A stretch of 64,000 nt of DNA from Verrucomicrobiota bacterium. Its GTDB lineage: Bacteria > Verrucomicrobiota > Verrucomicrobiia > Limisphaerales > AAA164-E04. A program made the position numbers and the translations under genes. Below the pieces are notes generated by a model, which ran no database searches, was not told the DNA's origin, and saw only the letters and a program-made list of their open reading frames with translations. The DNA is taken from NCBI GenBank assembly GCA_047947115.1, contig CP170459.1:2240001-2304000 (forward strand). Reading direction: 5' to 3'. Below are positions 1-9,212 of this stretch, one piece after another (position 1 is the stretch's first letter; every line of letters starts with the position of its first letter).

Positions 1-584
1 GCGATCACTTGCATGCCCGCGGCCTTTCCTGCTTGGACACCAGCTGCCGAATCTTCAATCACGCATATTTTTTCGGGAGGTTCTCCCATGTCTTTGGCTG
101 CCTTTAGGAAGACGTCCGGAGCGGGTTTGCCACGGGGAACGTCCTGAATACTGACCACGGTGGGAAAAAAGCGCCTGAGATCCTGGAGTTCGAGGACCGC
201 GTCGATGACCGGGTGCAACGAACCGGATGCCACCGAGAGGGTGAAGTGCCTGGAGAGTTTTTCGACAAGCTCCGGAAGGGTTTCGAAAATGGGTTCTTCG
301 GATCGAATCAGATCGATCAGTCGATCCTGCTTGCGTTGGGTCAGGTCTTCGATCGAAAAGGGTGGTTTGTGCAGATCCATAAAATCCACCCAGACCGATT
401 GATCCGATTTGCCCAGGTATTTTTCAAACTGAATGCCGTGGATGTCCGCGTAGCCGATCTCATGAAAGACTTCCATGAATGCCTGTTGATGACGGGGCTC
501 GCTGTCGACGATGACACCGTCCATGTCAAAGATGACGCCGGTGATGTGTTCTAGAGAAGGGTGAGGGGATGTTTCTGATGCCAT
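1..584 (-). CDS. HAD-family phosphatase (beta-phosphoglucomutase-like), 3' end outside window
   Basis: Not in the ORF track. Manual translation from ATG 584 gives MASETSPHPSLEHITGVIFDMDGVIVDSE (motif I DxD), later GKPAPDVF and VIEDSAAGVQAG, and stays open to position 1. Confidence 0.9.
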   Translation of the reverse strand, partial: MASETSPHPSLEHITGVIFDMDGVIVDSEPRHQQAFMEVFHEIGYADIHGIQFEKYLGKSDQSVWVDFMDLHKPPFSIEDLTQRKQDRLIDLIRSEEPIFETLPELVEKLSRHFTLSVASGSLHPVIDAVLELQDLRRFFPTVVSIQDVPRGKPAPDVFLKAAKDMGEPPEKICVIEDSAAGVQAGKAAGMQVI

Positions 585-618
585 GATGTGGATATCGGAT
601 TGGGGGTCGCTTGTTACT

Positions 619-1029
619 TTAGTTGCCCAAATTGACGATGCGTTTGAATTCTGCCGCGGTCAAGGGCATGACTGAAAGACGAGAATGCCGGACCAATGCG
701 ACTTCGCTCAACTCCGGATCTTCCTTGATCTGTGCCAGTGAGACCGGGTGCTTGAGCGGTTTGACCGGCGAAATGTCTACCGCAGACCAGTCACCTTTCT
801 CGGCGGTTGTATCAGGATAATGTTCTTTGACCACCTCGGCGATTCCCATCACGCATTTGCCGGTGACGCTGTGATAATACAGCACCTGATCGCCTTTTTT
901 CATGGCACGCAGGTTGTTTCGCGCCTGGTAATTGCGCACGCCTGACCAATTTGTCACGCCATCCGCGACGAACTGATCCCACGCATAAGCCTCCGGTTCC
1001 TGTTTCACCAACCAATAATTCATAGCCAT
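619..1029 (-). CDS. EVE domain protein
   Basis: YWLVKQEP...WSGVRNYQARN...YHS...RLSVMP, the typical EVE motifs. Confidence 0.93.
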   Translation of the reverse strand: MAMNYWLVKQEPEAYAWDQFVADGVTNWSGVRNYQARNNLRAMKKGDQVLYYHSVTGKCVMGIAEVVKEHYPDTTAEKGDWSAVDISPVKPLKHPVSLAQIKEDPELSEVALVRHSRLSVMPLTAAEFKRIVNLGN

Positions 1030-1164
1030 AAGACACCCTATTTCAGAGGGGATCGAAGATTTTGCAACGAAAAGTTTTTTGATTTTTAGACGGGATGATT
1101 CCCTTAAATTGGGTAGGCACTGGTGTATGTCGGATTCTGATATAGCGTCGTTTCAGGTGGTATG

Positions 1165-1191
1165 GGTAGAACGTGCCATCCTCGGCGCGTC
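1165..1191 (+). repeat. Solitary GTAG-type REP (type B, degenerate)
   Basis: GGTAGAACGTGCCATCCTCGGCGCGTC resembles the reverse complement of the element ends at 7641-7667 and 17757-17783. Confidence 0.7.
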
Positions 1192-1259
1192 ATCCCTTAG
1201 GTTTCCATAAGCAAAATAAATTCAGAAAGGTAAGCCAAAAACCATCCAACCTCCCACCT

Positions 1260-1346
1260 CATCCTGAACATCCTGTTCATCTCGCAGATCCCGCGACTGC
1301 GGCGACTGTCAAAAAAAATCTGTGAAAATCGGCGCCATCTGCGGTT
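1260..1346. repeat. ATCCTG-unit repeat interrupted by a 24-bp insert, followed by one CAGAT-family arm (1318-1346)
   Basis: ATCCTGAACATCCTGTTCATC[24 bp]CTGTC. The segment 1318-1346 resembles 5905-5933. Confidence 0.7.
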
Positions 1347-1363
1347 AAAAAAAGAAAAACACC

Positions 1364-2029
1364 TCAATTCCCGTCCCTGGCGCCCATGTCGATCCGCCAG
1401 AGCTTGCGTTGGGTGCGCCATGCCATCACCACCAAGCCCATCAGGATGGCCCAGAAAAAGATAGGGACCGTCACAGGCCACCAACTGGTTCCCAAGAACA
1501 CGATGGACGCGTTGAGCACAATCACGATGATACGAATCTCGGTTGGACCGATGCCGAAGAAATAGATCTCGAACTCATTCGTGGCGGCAAAGGACAAAAA
1601 GGAACTCACCATGTAACCGCTTGCCAGCACCAGGATCCCGACAAAATACCAGGTCAAGCCAGGAGGAGAGATCATCATGTAACCCACCACTATGGAAGAC
1701 TGGAAGATGTAGTCCAGAAAGTGGTCCATGTAATAACCCCACTTGATCAGTCCAGTCTTTCGGTAGCGTCCCACGGCGCCGTCGAACAAGTCGCTCAAAT
1801 ACTGAGCAACTACCATCAAAGAAACCAGCCACAGCCAGTTTAGATTGTTCTTTGCCTGCCAGCAAAACACCAGGATCAGGCCGGACCAAAGCAATGTCAG
1901 ATAGGTCAGGTGCCAGGTCTCGATCCAGGGAGGCAATCTTGGAACCCCTTTGTTCCGAAACCGATCCTCCCACCGGGTCATGACCGATGCGCCGACCTTT
2001 TGGTCTCCCTTGAAAACCTGCTTTGCCAT
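1364..2029 (-). CDS. CDP-alcohol phosphatidyltransferase family protein
   Basis: DLFDGAVGRYRKTG...WGYYMDHFLD matches the DxxDGxxAR...GxxxDxxxD motif. Start placed at ATG 2029 because the longer ORF overlaps the tRNA. Confidence 0.88.
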   Translation of the reverse strand: MAKQVFKGDQKVGASVMTRWEDRFRNKGVPRLPPWIETWHLTYLTLLWSGLILVFCWQAKNNLNWLWLVSLMVVAQYLSDLFDGAVGRYRKTGLIKWGYYMDHFLDYIFQSSIVVGYMMISPPGLTWYFVGILVLASGYMVSSFLSFAATNEFEIYFFGIGPTEIRIIVIVLNASIVFLGTSWWPVTVPIFFWAILMGLVVMAWRTQRKLWRIDMGARDGN

Positions 2030-2128
2030 GCCCGGACCATAGCTCAGCCCGCGTAGGCACGGTAGAAAAAATTCAAAAAACACTTGCAGGGAGCCCAGAC
2101 ATTTTTTAGTTTCTCGCTTCCTATTGGC

Positions 2129-2205
<77 letters not shown>

Positions 2206-2214
2206 TTCTTTTCT

Positions 2215-2267
2215 AACCGCACCACCGCCGAAGCGGGATCAACGAGATTGCGCCGACTCTCACAGAT
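2215..2267 (+). repeat. CAGAT-family repeat arm interrupted by a 24-bp insert (2222-2245)
   Basis: With the insert removed the arm is 26/29 identical to the reverse complement of 1318-1346. Confidence 0.8.
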
Positions 2268-2376
2268 TTTTTTCTCACTCAGGGGCGTAGGTTTTTTTTG
2301 GTGGTTGGTTTGCTTTGGGTTTTCTAGGGTAGTTTTCATATCATGAGAAGGCATTACCTACTGCTGTTTCTGACCT

Positions 2377-3717
2377 TTGCGTCTTTCCAAACCGAATGTC
2401 ATTTTCATCTTTGTCGATGATCAGGGCTATTACGATTTGGGGTGTTATGGCGCCACGGAAGTCAGGACTCCGAGAATCGATGCGATGGCGAAGGAGGGCG
2501 TGCGGTTTACGGATTATTATGCGGCGGCTCCGATTTGTAGTCCTTCGCGGGCGGGGTTGTTGACGGGGTGTTATCCTCGGCGGGTGGGGAATCACATCTG
2601 GGTGCATCGGGCGGATTCGCCTTCAGGATTGAATCCCAATGAACACACCATCGCCGAGCTGTTCAAGGGGCAGGGTTATGCGACCGCCTGCATTGGCAAG
2701 TGGCATTTGGGGTTTCGGGAACCGTTTCTTCCGCACAATCAGGGATTCGATCATTATTATGGCTTGCTACATAATCTGGACCCGGTTGAGGTGGTTTATT
2801 TTGGGGATGAGGGGGTGCCGTTGATGCGAAATGGTGAGGTTGTGAAGAGCCCGGCTGATCCGGCGGAATTGACCAGGCTCTACACGGATGAGGCGTTGCA
2901 GTTTATCGCACAAAACAAGGAACATCCGTTCTTTCTCTATCTTCCTCATACAATGCTTCACAATCCCCTCGGAGTGAGTGAAGGTTTCAAGGGGAGTTCG
3001 AATTGGGGGGAATATGGGGATGCGATTCAGGAACTGGATTTTCATGTTGGCCGTATCTTTGATGCGCTGGAGGAGTGGGGGATCGAGCAGAATACCTTTG
3101 TGGTGTATGCCTCGGATAATGGGCGTGGTCCCGGCCGAACACCTGAGCAGAAGATACGGGGGCGAAAGCTGTCAACCTATGAGGGCGGTATTCGTGTGCC
3201 TGCCATTGCGTGGGGGCCGGGCTTGGACGTGAAAAGTGGTCGGGCTACTTCAACTTTGGTGCGTGCCATGGATTGGTATCCGACTCTGGCCACGTTCGCG
3301 GGGATCAAGCTGCCGGAGGGGATTGTTATGGATGGGCGCGATATCAGTCCCCTGCTGAAAGGTGAATCAGACATTGTTCCCTTTCCCGGAAAAAGTGACG
3401 CGCTCAATGGCTCGGTGCCACTTCGGCGAAGGTGGGATCCTACTGGGGAGTGGGCTCCACTTAATTCGAGAGAGGAATACAATGATGCTTTTTTCTATCA
3501 TGGAAGCCAGGGAGCGTTGGCGGCGGTGCGTTGGGAACGTTGGAAGTTGTTTTTGAATCCTGTCCTGCAACTCTACGATCTGGAAGCGGATCCGGGAGAA
3601 TCCAAGCCTGTTCGCAATGGTGCTATTATCCGCAAGTTGCGTGGCATGGCAGTTTTGTTTCAGGAGGAGATGCGATTGGATGCGCGGCCGGCGGGGGAGG
3701 TTTCAGAGGGTCGTTAG
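2377..3717 (+). CDS. Sulfatase (Cys-type arylsulfatase family)
   Basis: KPNVIFIFVDD, CSPSRAGLLTG (CxPxR), GKWHLG and SDNG motifs. Start uncertain. Confidence 0.93.
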   Translation: MRLSKPNVIFIFVDDQGYYDLGCYGATEVRTPRIDAMAKEGVRFTDYYAAAPICSPSRAGLLTGCYPRRVGNHIWVHRADSPSGLNPNEHTIAELFKGQGYATACIGKWHLGFREPFLPHNQGFDHYYGLLHNLDPVEVVYFGDEGVPLMRNGEVVKSPADPAELTRLYTDEALQFIAQNKEHPFFLYLPHTMLHNPLGVSEGFKGSSNWGEYGDAIQELDFHVGRIFDALEEWGIEQNTFVVYASDNGRGPGRTPEQKIRGRKLSTYEGGIRVPAIAWGPGLDVKSGRATSTLVRAMDWYPTLATFAGIKLPEGIVMDGRDISPLLKGESDIVPFPGKSDALNGSVPLRRRWDPTGEWAPLNSREEYNDAFFYHGSQGALAAVRWERWKLFLNPVLQLYDLEADPGESKPVRNGAIIRKLRGMAVLFQEEMRLDARPAGEVSEGR

Positions 3718-3843
3718 TTTTTTGTTCTCACATAAAGACTCCAAGGCACGAAGGTTGATTCATTGGGTAAATGTTTTTGGTGAGGGGGAGATTCTTTTTT
3801 TGGCTGACTTGACCGTTATTTGATTATGGGTGAGGATGTCTTC

Positions 3844-5760
3844 ATGCGATTGTTTCAATCGAATAGAGGCTTGTATTGGGGTGGCCTGTTACTTGCGGGT
3901 TATGGGTTGGGGGGGACTGTGCATGCTGATTCGGAGATTGGGGTGTCGATTGATGCCACTTTGAACGGAGGTGTGGCCTTCATTCAGCAGTATTGCGTGG
4001 ATTGTCATCAGCCTCCCAAGCCCAAGGGTAAGCTTGATCTAAATTCCTACACCACGAGAGAGAGTATCATTGCCGATGGACTTGAATGGGACAAGCATCT
4101 GCATCGTGTGCGTGACGGAGACATGCCGCCGGATGATGAGGACGTTCCAGTGCCGGGAGTGGAGGAGCGTTTGGCGTTTGTCGACTGGGTGCAGTCGACT
4201 TTGCGTGAAGCAGCTTGTGCCGACGGTGTGCAGCCGGGGCCTGCGCTTGTTCGGCGATTGAATCGAAGTGAATATTCCGCTTCCGTCCGGCATTTGCTGG
4301 ATGTTCATTTCGATGCAGGTGAAGCTCTGCCCAGTGACGGAGCAGGGGGGGAGGGATTTGATAATGCCGCTGAAACACTTTTTATTTCTCCCATTCATGC
4401 CGAGAAATACCTTGAAGCCGCGCGATCTGCCGTTGAGTATGGTTTCGCCGACACACGATCCAGTCGTCGTTTTCTGATTGCTCAACCTGACGAAAACACC
4501 AGTCCTCCCGAAGCCGCTCGCAAGGTGTTGGATCGGTTTCTGCCAAATGCCTTTCGTCGACCGGCGACGGATGATGAGATCGGCGAATACATGGCATTGT
4601 TCGAAACTGCTTTTGAAGCGGATGGATCGTTTTCCACCGCCATGCAATTGACGCTTTCAGCGGTGTTGGTTTCTCCGAAATTTCTTTTCATCATGGAAGA
4701 GCCTGTCGAAGGTGCCGAGCCTGTGCCTTTGGTGGGGCACGAACTTGCCACGCGCCTGGCCTACTTTCTCTGGGGCGCTCCACCGGATGAACATCTGATG
4801 CAGCTGGCTGCTGAGGGGAAACTGCATGATTCCGAGGTGTTGAGGGGCGAGGTGGTGAGGATGTTGAAGGACCCGCATTCGCGGAAAGTTCGCAATTTTG
4901 CCCAGAACTTTGTCGAGCAATGGCTCGGAACTCGCGCGCTGGGGCGTGAGTTCAAACCGGACGCCTCCATCGAAGGTTATGACTCGGAGTTGGAGGGTGG
5001 GATGAAGTATGAACCGGTTTTCTTCTTCCATGAGGTTCTTACAGAGAACCGTCCTTTGCTGGACTTGATCGATGCGGATTACACCTACATCAACCGTCGC
5101 CTGTCCCGTCACTACAAGGTCAAAGGCGAGTTTCGCGAACAACCCAAACGGGTGGAGATTGCGGATGATCCGCATCGTGGCGGGCTATTGAGCATGGCGG
5201 CCGTGCTGGCAGTCTCCTCTCACCCGCATCGCACCAGTCCTGTGCTGCGTGGTAAATGGATTTTGGAAACTTTAATTGGCGAACCACCACCTCCGCCACC
5301 TCCCAACGTTCCCTTGCTGGAGGAAGACTCCGAAACGGCACAGCCTCAGCCTCTGCGTGAACGACTGGAAAAACACCGCGAGGATCCAACTTGTGCCACG
5401 TGTCATGACCGGATCGATCCTTTGGGATTTAGTTTGGAAAATTACGATGTGCTTGGAAGGTGGCGGGATACCGTTGGCGATCAAAAAGTGGATGCCAGAG
5501 CCACCATGCCCGATGGCACCGAATTTGAAGGGCCAGAGCAATTGAAACAAATTCTGATGGATCGGAAGGATCAAATCGTGCGGCATCTGACCAAAAAAAT
5601 GCTGGGTTACGCGCTTGGTCGCGGTTTGACCTATGAAGATTATTGTACGGTGGATCAGATCGTGGAGGATCTTAAGGCCAATGGCTATGCCTCACATCGC
5701 ATGTTGATGGGCATTGTCGAAAGCGTTCCTTTCCGATATAAAGCTGCACCAAGACAGTAA
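3844..5760 (+). CDS. DUF1592/DUF1588-family protein with N-terminal cytochrome c domain
   Basis: CVDCH, RRLNRSEY, TSPVLRGKWILE, CATCH and DPLGFSLENYD motifs; lies upstream of a DUF1552 gene. Confidence 0.9.
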   Translation: MRLFQSNRGLYWGGLLLAGYGLGGTVHADSEIGVSIDATLNGGVAFIQQYCVDCHQPPKPKGKLDLNSYTTRESIIADGLEWDKHLHRVRDGDMPPDDEDVPVPGVEERLAFVDWVQSTLREAACADGVQPGPALVRRLNRSEYSASVRHLLDVHFDAGEALPSDGAGGEGFDNAAETLFISPIHAEKYLEAARSAVEYGFADTRSSRRFLIAQPDENTSPPEAARKVLDRFLPNAFRRPATDDEIGEYMALFETAFEADGSFSTAMQLTLSAVLVSPKFLFIMEEPVEGAEPVPLVGHELATRLAYFLWGAPPDEHLMQLAAEGKLHDSEVLRGEVVRMLKDPHSRKVRNFAQNFVEQWLGTRALGREFKPDASIEGYDSELEGGMKYEPVFFFHEVLTENRPLLDLIDADYTYINRRLSRHYKVKGEFREQPKRVEIADDPHRGGLLSMAAVLAVSSHPHRTSPVLRGKWILETLIGEPPPPPPPNVPLLEEDSETAQPQPLRERLEKHREDPTCATCHDRIDPLGFSLENYDVLGRWRDTVGDQKVDARATMPDGTEFEGPEQLKQILMDRKDQIVRHLTKKMLGYALGRGLTYEDYCTVDQIVEDLKANGYASHRMLMGIVESVPFRYKAAPRQ

Positions 5761-5783
5761 ATCCAAAACAATTCAGTTGGGTC

Positions 5784-5933
5784 ATCCGCAGATGACTCAG
5801 ATCGACGCAGATTTTTTCTTCATGAGGGAAAATGTAACCATGGTGGGAGGGAGTATCGAATGGTTGTCGTTCAATGCAAAACAGAGTATTGTGTTTCCTG
5901 TAATATCTGCGTTCATCTGTGACATCTGCGGAT
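5784..5933. repeat. 150-bp MITE-like element with ~29-bp imperfect inverted arms built from CAGAT units
   Basis: ATCCGCAGATGACTCAGATCGACGCAGAT (5784-5812) and ATCTGCGTTCATCTGTGACATCTGCGGAT (5905-5933). Confidence 0.8.
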
Positions 5934-5953
5934 AAACAACATAAAACAAGCTT

Positions 5954-7300
5954 ATGCACATCACAGGTCAGACCAAACCCATTTCACGACGTACTTTGCT
6001 TAAAGGAACCGGAGCTGCACTGGCGTTGCCGTGGCTCGAATCCATGATGTCGCCCCGTCTTTTGGCCCAGCCAGAAGAAGGCCCCCGTCGTCTCGGAGTC
6101 TTGTTTCAACCGAATGGGGTTCGCGAAGATCAATGGACACCCGAGGGGGAGGGAACCGATTTCAAACTGTCCAAAACTCTTTCCCCTCTCGAAAGTCTCA
6201 AGGATAAGCTCCTGATCCCTACCAACCTATGGAATCAGGCTAGTAATGTGGGCGATGGCCACTACGTCAAGACCTCCGGTTTTTTGACCTGTCAGACAAT
6301 CAGCAAGTCCCTGGGATTTGATTTGAACAGCAACGGCGTTTCGATGGACCAGATTGCGGCACGCGGCATTGCCGGACAGACACCATTGCCCTCGCTTGAG
6401 TTGGCAATAGCACCGGTGAGTATCGGGGTGGATACCAATGTGGGATACACTCGTGTTTATGGATCGCATATCGCCTGGAGCCGTCCGACGCGACCCTTGG
6501 CCCGGGAGATCAATCCGAGGCTGGTTTTCGAACGATTGTTTCGCATCACGAACCCAAAAGAAGGGGGAAGTCAACAGGATCGGTTGCTCCTGGACCGTGT
6601 ATTGGGGGATGCCAAACAGTTGCAGCGTCGTGTCAGTCAAGAGGATCGCGCGCGAATCGATGATTACCTTGAGTCCGTCCGTGCCCTGGAGCAGCGTGTC
6701 CAGCAGGCCAGTCGACCGGAAGGCGCATCCTGGCAGCCGGCAGTGGACATGGATCCAACCGTCAAACCCGATGGTATTCCCGGGGAGCATGCAGAACATG
6801 TGCGTTTGATGCTCGACATGATGGCGCTGGCTTTTCAGACCGACAGCACGCGTGTCACAACCTTCATGTTTGGGAATGCGGTCAGCAACACCAATTTCTC
6901 GTTTCTGGACGGAGTCAGCTCAGGACACCACAGTGTGTCCCATCACGAAAACAAGGAGGAAAATCTGGTTCAGTACCAATTGATTGCCCAGTGGCACGTG
7001 GAGCAATATGCCTACCTCCTCAACAAACTTCAAAACATGCCCGAAGGGAACGGTACCGTGTTGGATCATTCGATGATCATGTTTGGTTCCGGTTTGCGGG
7101 ACGGCAACAAGCACAGTCCTCGCAACCTGCCCCTCGTGATCGCCGGATCTGCCGGTGGTCGCATCAAGACAGGGCAACATCTGGTGCAGGATCCGAATAC
7201 CCCGCTGGCGAACCTGTATTGCTCCATGCTGGAAGCTTTCGGCACTCCGGTGGAGCAGTTTGGGGACAGCACGGAGAAGCTGCCCGGGGTTTTGGTTTGA
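5954..7300 (+). CDS. DUF1552 domain protein
   Basis: SRRTLLKG..LALPWLESM leader, SMDQIAA and HHSVSHH motifs; usual partner of DUF1592. Confidence 0.92.
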   Translation: MHITGQTKPISRRTLLKGTGAALALPWLESMMSPRLLAQPEEGPRRLGVLFQPNGVREDQWTPEGEGTDFKLSKTLSPLESLKDKLLIPTNLWNQASNVGDGHYVKTSGFLTCQTISKSLGFDLNSNGVSMDQIAARGIAGQTPLPSLELAIAPVSIGVDTNVGYTRVYGSHIAWSRPTRPLAREINPRLVFERLFRITNPKEGGSQQDRLLLDRVLGDAKQLQRRVSQEDRARIDDYLESVRALEQRVQQASRPEGASWQPAVDMDPTVKPDGIPGEHAEHVRLMLDMMALAFQTDSTRVTTFMFGNAVSNTNFSFLDGVSSGHHSVSHHENKEENLVQYQLIAQWHVEQYAYLLNKLQNMPEGNGTVLDHSMIMFGSGLRDGNKHSPRNLPLVIAGSAGGRIKTGQHLVQDPNTPLANLYCSMLEAFGTPVEQFGDSTEKLPGVLV

Positions 7301-7348
7301 GTGTTTCTTGGCTTCACTTTGTGAGTCGAAATGGAATTTGGAAGCCAT

Positions 7349-7667
7349 CAGGTAGATCGGATCAGCTTGTCCCGCGACTGCGTGGATCTCGATCCACCCA
7401 CGAGCGGTAGCGATGCGGATGTGGGGTGTTCGAAAACCGGAGGCTTCCCGAAACGGAGGCGTTTGGGATATCGAAAGCCACAAGGCGACGTGCCAGGGAC
7501 GGCACGTCCTACCTTGGGGTGGTTCAGGTAGATCGGATCGTCTCGATCCGCCCGCGAGCGGTAGCGATGCGGATGTGGGGTGTTCGAAAACCGGAAGCTT
7601 CCCGAAACGGAGGCGTTTGGGATATCGGAAGTCACAAGGTGACGCGCCAGGGACGGCACGTCCTACC
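7349..7667. repeat. Two tandem REPIN-like elements (7349-7513, 7525-7667)
   Basis: Each runs CAGGTAGATCGGATC...GGGACGGCACGTCCTACC with a near-identical interior. Copy 1 carries a ~22-bp insert. Confidence 0.92.
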
Positions 7668-7711
7668 CAACCAGGATGTTTTACATCCTGGTAAAGATTG
7701 AATAAGTACAC

Positions 7712-7736
7712 AAAAAAGCGGCCCCGAGGGGCCGCT
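7712..7736 (-). terminator. Intrinsic terminator of fbaA
   Basis: AGCGGCCCC-GA-GGGGCCGCT stem with a T6 tract on the minus strand. Confidence 0.85.
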
Positions 7737-7768
7737 GTGAAAATTGGATATGAATTGTCAGGCAATGC

Positions 7769-8803
7769 TTACACGTCTCCGAAGATGGATTTGCCATCGG
7801 AGCGAAGGTCGCTGCAGGCTTCGGCGATGCGGTCGGCCATGCCTTTTTCACCGGCTTTCAGATAGCTGCGAGGATCATAGACTTTCTTGTTCCCGATTTC
7901 ACCGTCAACCTTGAGCACTCCGTCGTAGTTCTTGTAGAAATGATCGGCGATCGGGCGGGTGAAGGCGTATTGGGTGTCGGTATCGACGTTCATTTTCACC
8001 ACACCGTAGTCGAGCGTTTCACGGATTTCAGATAGCAGGCTTCCGCTGCCTCCGTGGAACACGAGGTCCATTTCGGCGCTGTCACCGTATTTAGCGATCA
8101 CGGCCTGTTGTCCTTGTTTGAGGATTTCAGGACGCAGTTTGACGGCTCCGGGTTTGTAGTGACCATGGACATTGCCGAAAGTGGCGGCGAAGGTGAAGCG
8201 ACCGATCGGGTGCAGCGCTTCGTAAACGGCCAGCATGTCTTCAGGTGTGGTGTAAAGGTGTTCTTCCGGGGTGTCTTCCGTTCCGGCGGCACCGTCTTCT
8301 TCACCTCCCACGACACCGGCTTCCACTTCGAGGATGATCTCGTTTTCAGCGGCCAGTTTGAGGTATTCCTTGGAGAGAGCCAGGTTTTCTTCCAGGGGAA
8401 GAATGGATGCATCCAGCATGTGGTTCTGGAACAGGTTGTTCTCACCTTTTGCACGGCGAGCGGCCGTGGCTTCGATCAAGGGTTTCAGAAAGTCACCGGC
8501 GTTCTTGGGTTGGCAGTGGTCGGTGTTCAGGGCAACGAGCACGTCATATTGTTCAGCCAGGCGATGAGCCGCTTCTGCCAGGATGATGGTTCCTTTGGTG
8601 GCGTCCTTGTTGTTCAAACCGGAGGCAAATTGTCCCGCGCCGGTGGAAAACTGGATGATGCCGTCGGATTTCATATCCGCAAAGGCTTTGAAGGCCGCGT
8701 TGAGCGTCATGATGCTCGTACAATTGATGGCCGGGTAGGCGTAGGAACCCTTCTGCGCTGCGTCCAACATAGCAGCGAATTGCTTGGGAGTGGCTATAGG
8801 CAT
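7769..8803 (-). CDS. fbaA: Class II fructose-bisphosphate aldolase
   Basis: TDHC, GVVGGEEDG, FGNVHG, FHGGSGS, KMNVDTD and KKVYDPR motifs. Confidence 0.96.
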   Translation of the reverse strand: MPIATPKQFAAMLDAAQKGSYAYPAINCTSIMTLNAAFKAFADMKSDGIIQFSTGAGQFASGLNNKDATKGTIILAEAAHRLAEQYDVLVALNTDHCQPKNAGDFLKPLIEATAARRAKGENNLFQNHMLDASILPLEENLALSKEYLKLAAENEIILEVEAGVVGGEEDGAAGTEDTPEEHLYTTPEDMLAVYEALHPIGRFTFAATFGNVHGHYKPGAVKLRPEILKQGQQAVIAKYGDSAEMDLVFHGGSGSLLSEIRETLDYGVVKMNVDTDTQYAFTRPIADHFYKNYDGVLKVDGEIGNKKVYDPRSYLKAGEKGMADRIAEACSDLRSDGKSIFGDV

Positions 8804-9212
8804 AGAATTATGATGCTAATAATTATTCGATTTCTGATTCAAAAACCCCAAATTGGGGCTAGTTCAAGCGTTTAATTTAGGTCAGGACACCGCAAATGAA
8901 AGCAAAAAAATTGCAATCAAAACCGTCCGTGACGCAGTTCAAAAATTAGAAAACCACTATCGGGGGAGTCATCCTGCATGCGGGACTTACTCCCACTCCA
9001 AGACTCAGGGTTTTGGAACCATTTTTCGGCCACGATGGAAACGCCATAGTCGTTCGATCAACTTCCGTCTTCCCTCCTTCCATTTCTGGTGGTCGGGAGT
9101 GTCTCGAGGAAAAAGTTAGGGACCGGACGGAACCGATCCCTCCATACTCCAAAATCTTCTGTTACTGGGCCTCCGTTTTTGGTTAGGTAACCACTTTCCC
9201 AGTAGCATCATT

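Noticed and set aside
619..1029. EVE protein as part of a modification-dependent defence system
   Set aside because: It is stand-alone beside housekeeping genes, with no nuclease fusion or partner.
6920..8875. Long alternative ORFs 6920-7765(-) and 8054-8875(+)
   Set aside because: They are antisense shadows of DUF1552/repeats and of fbaA.
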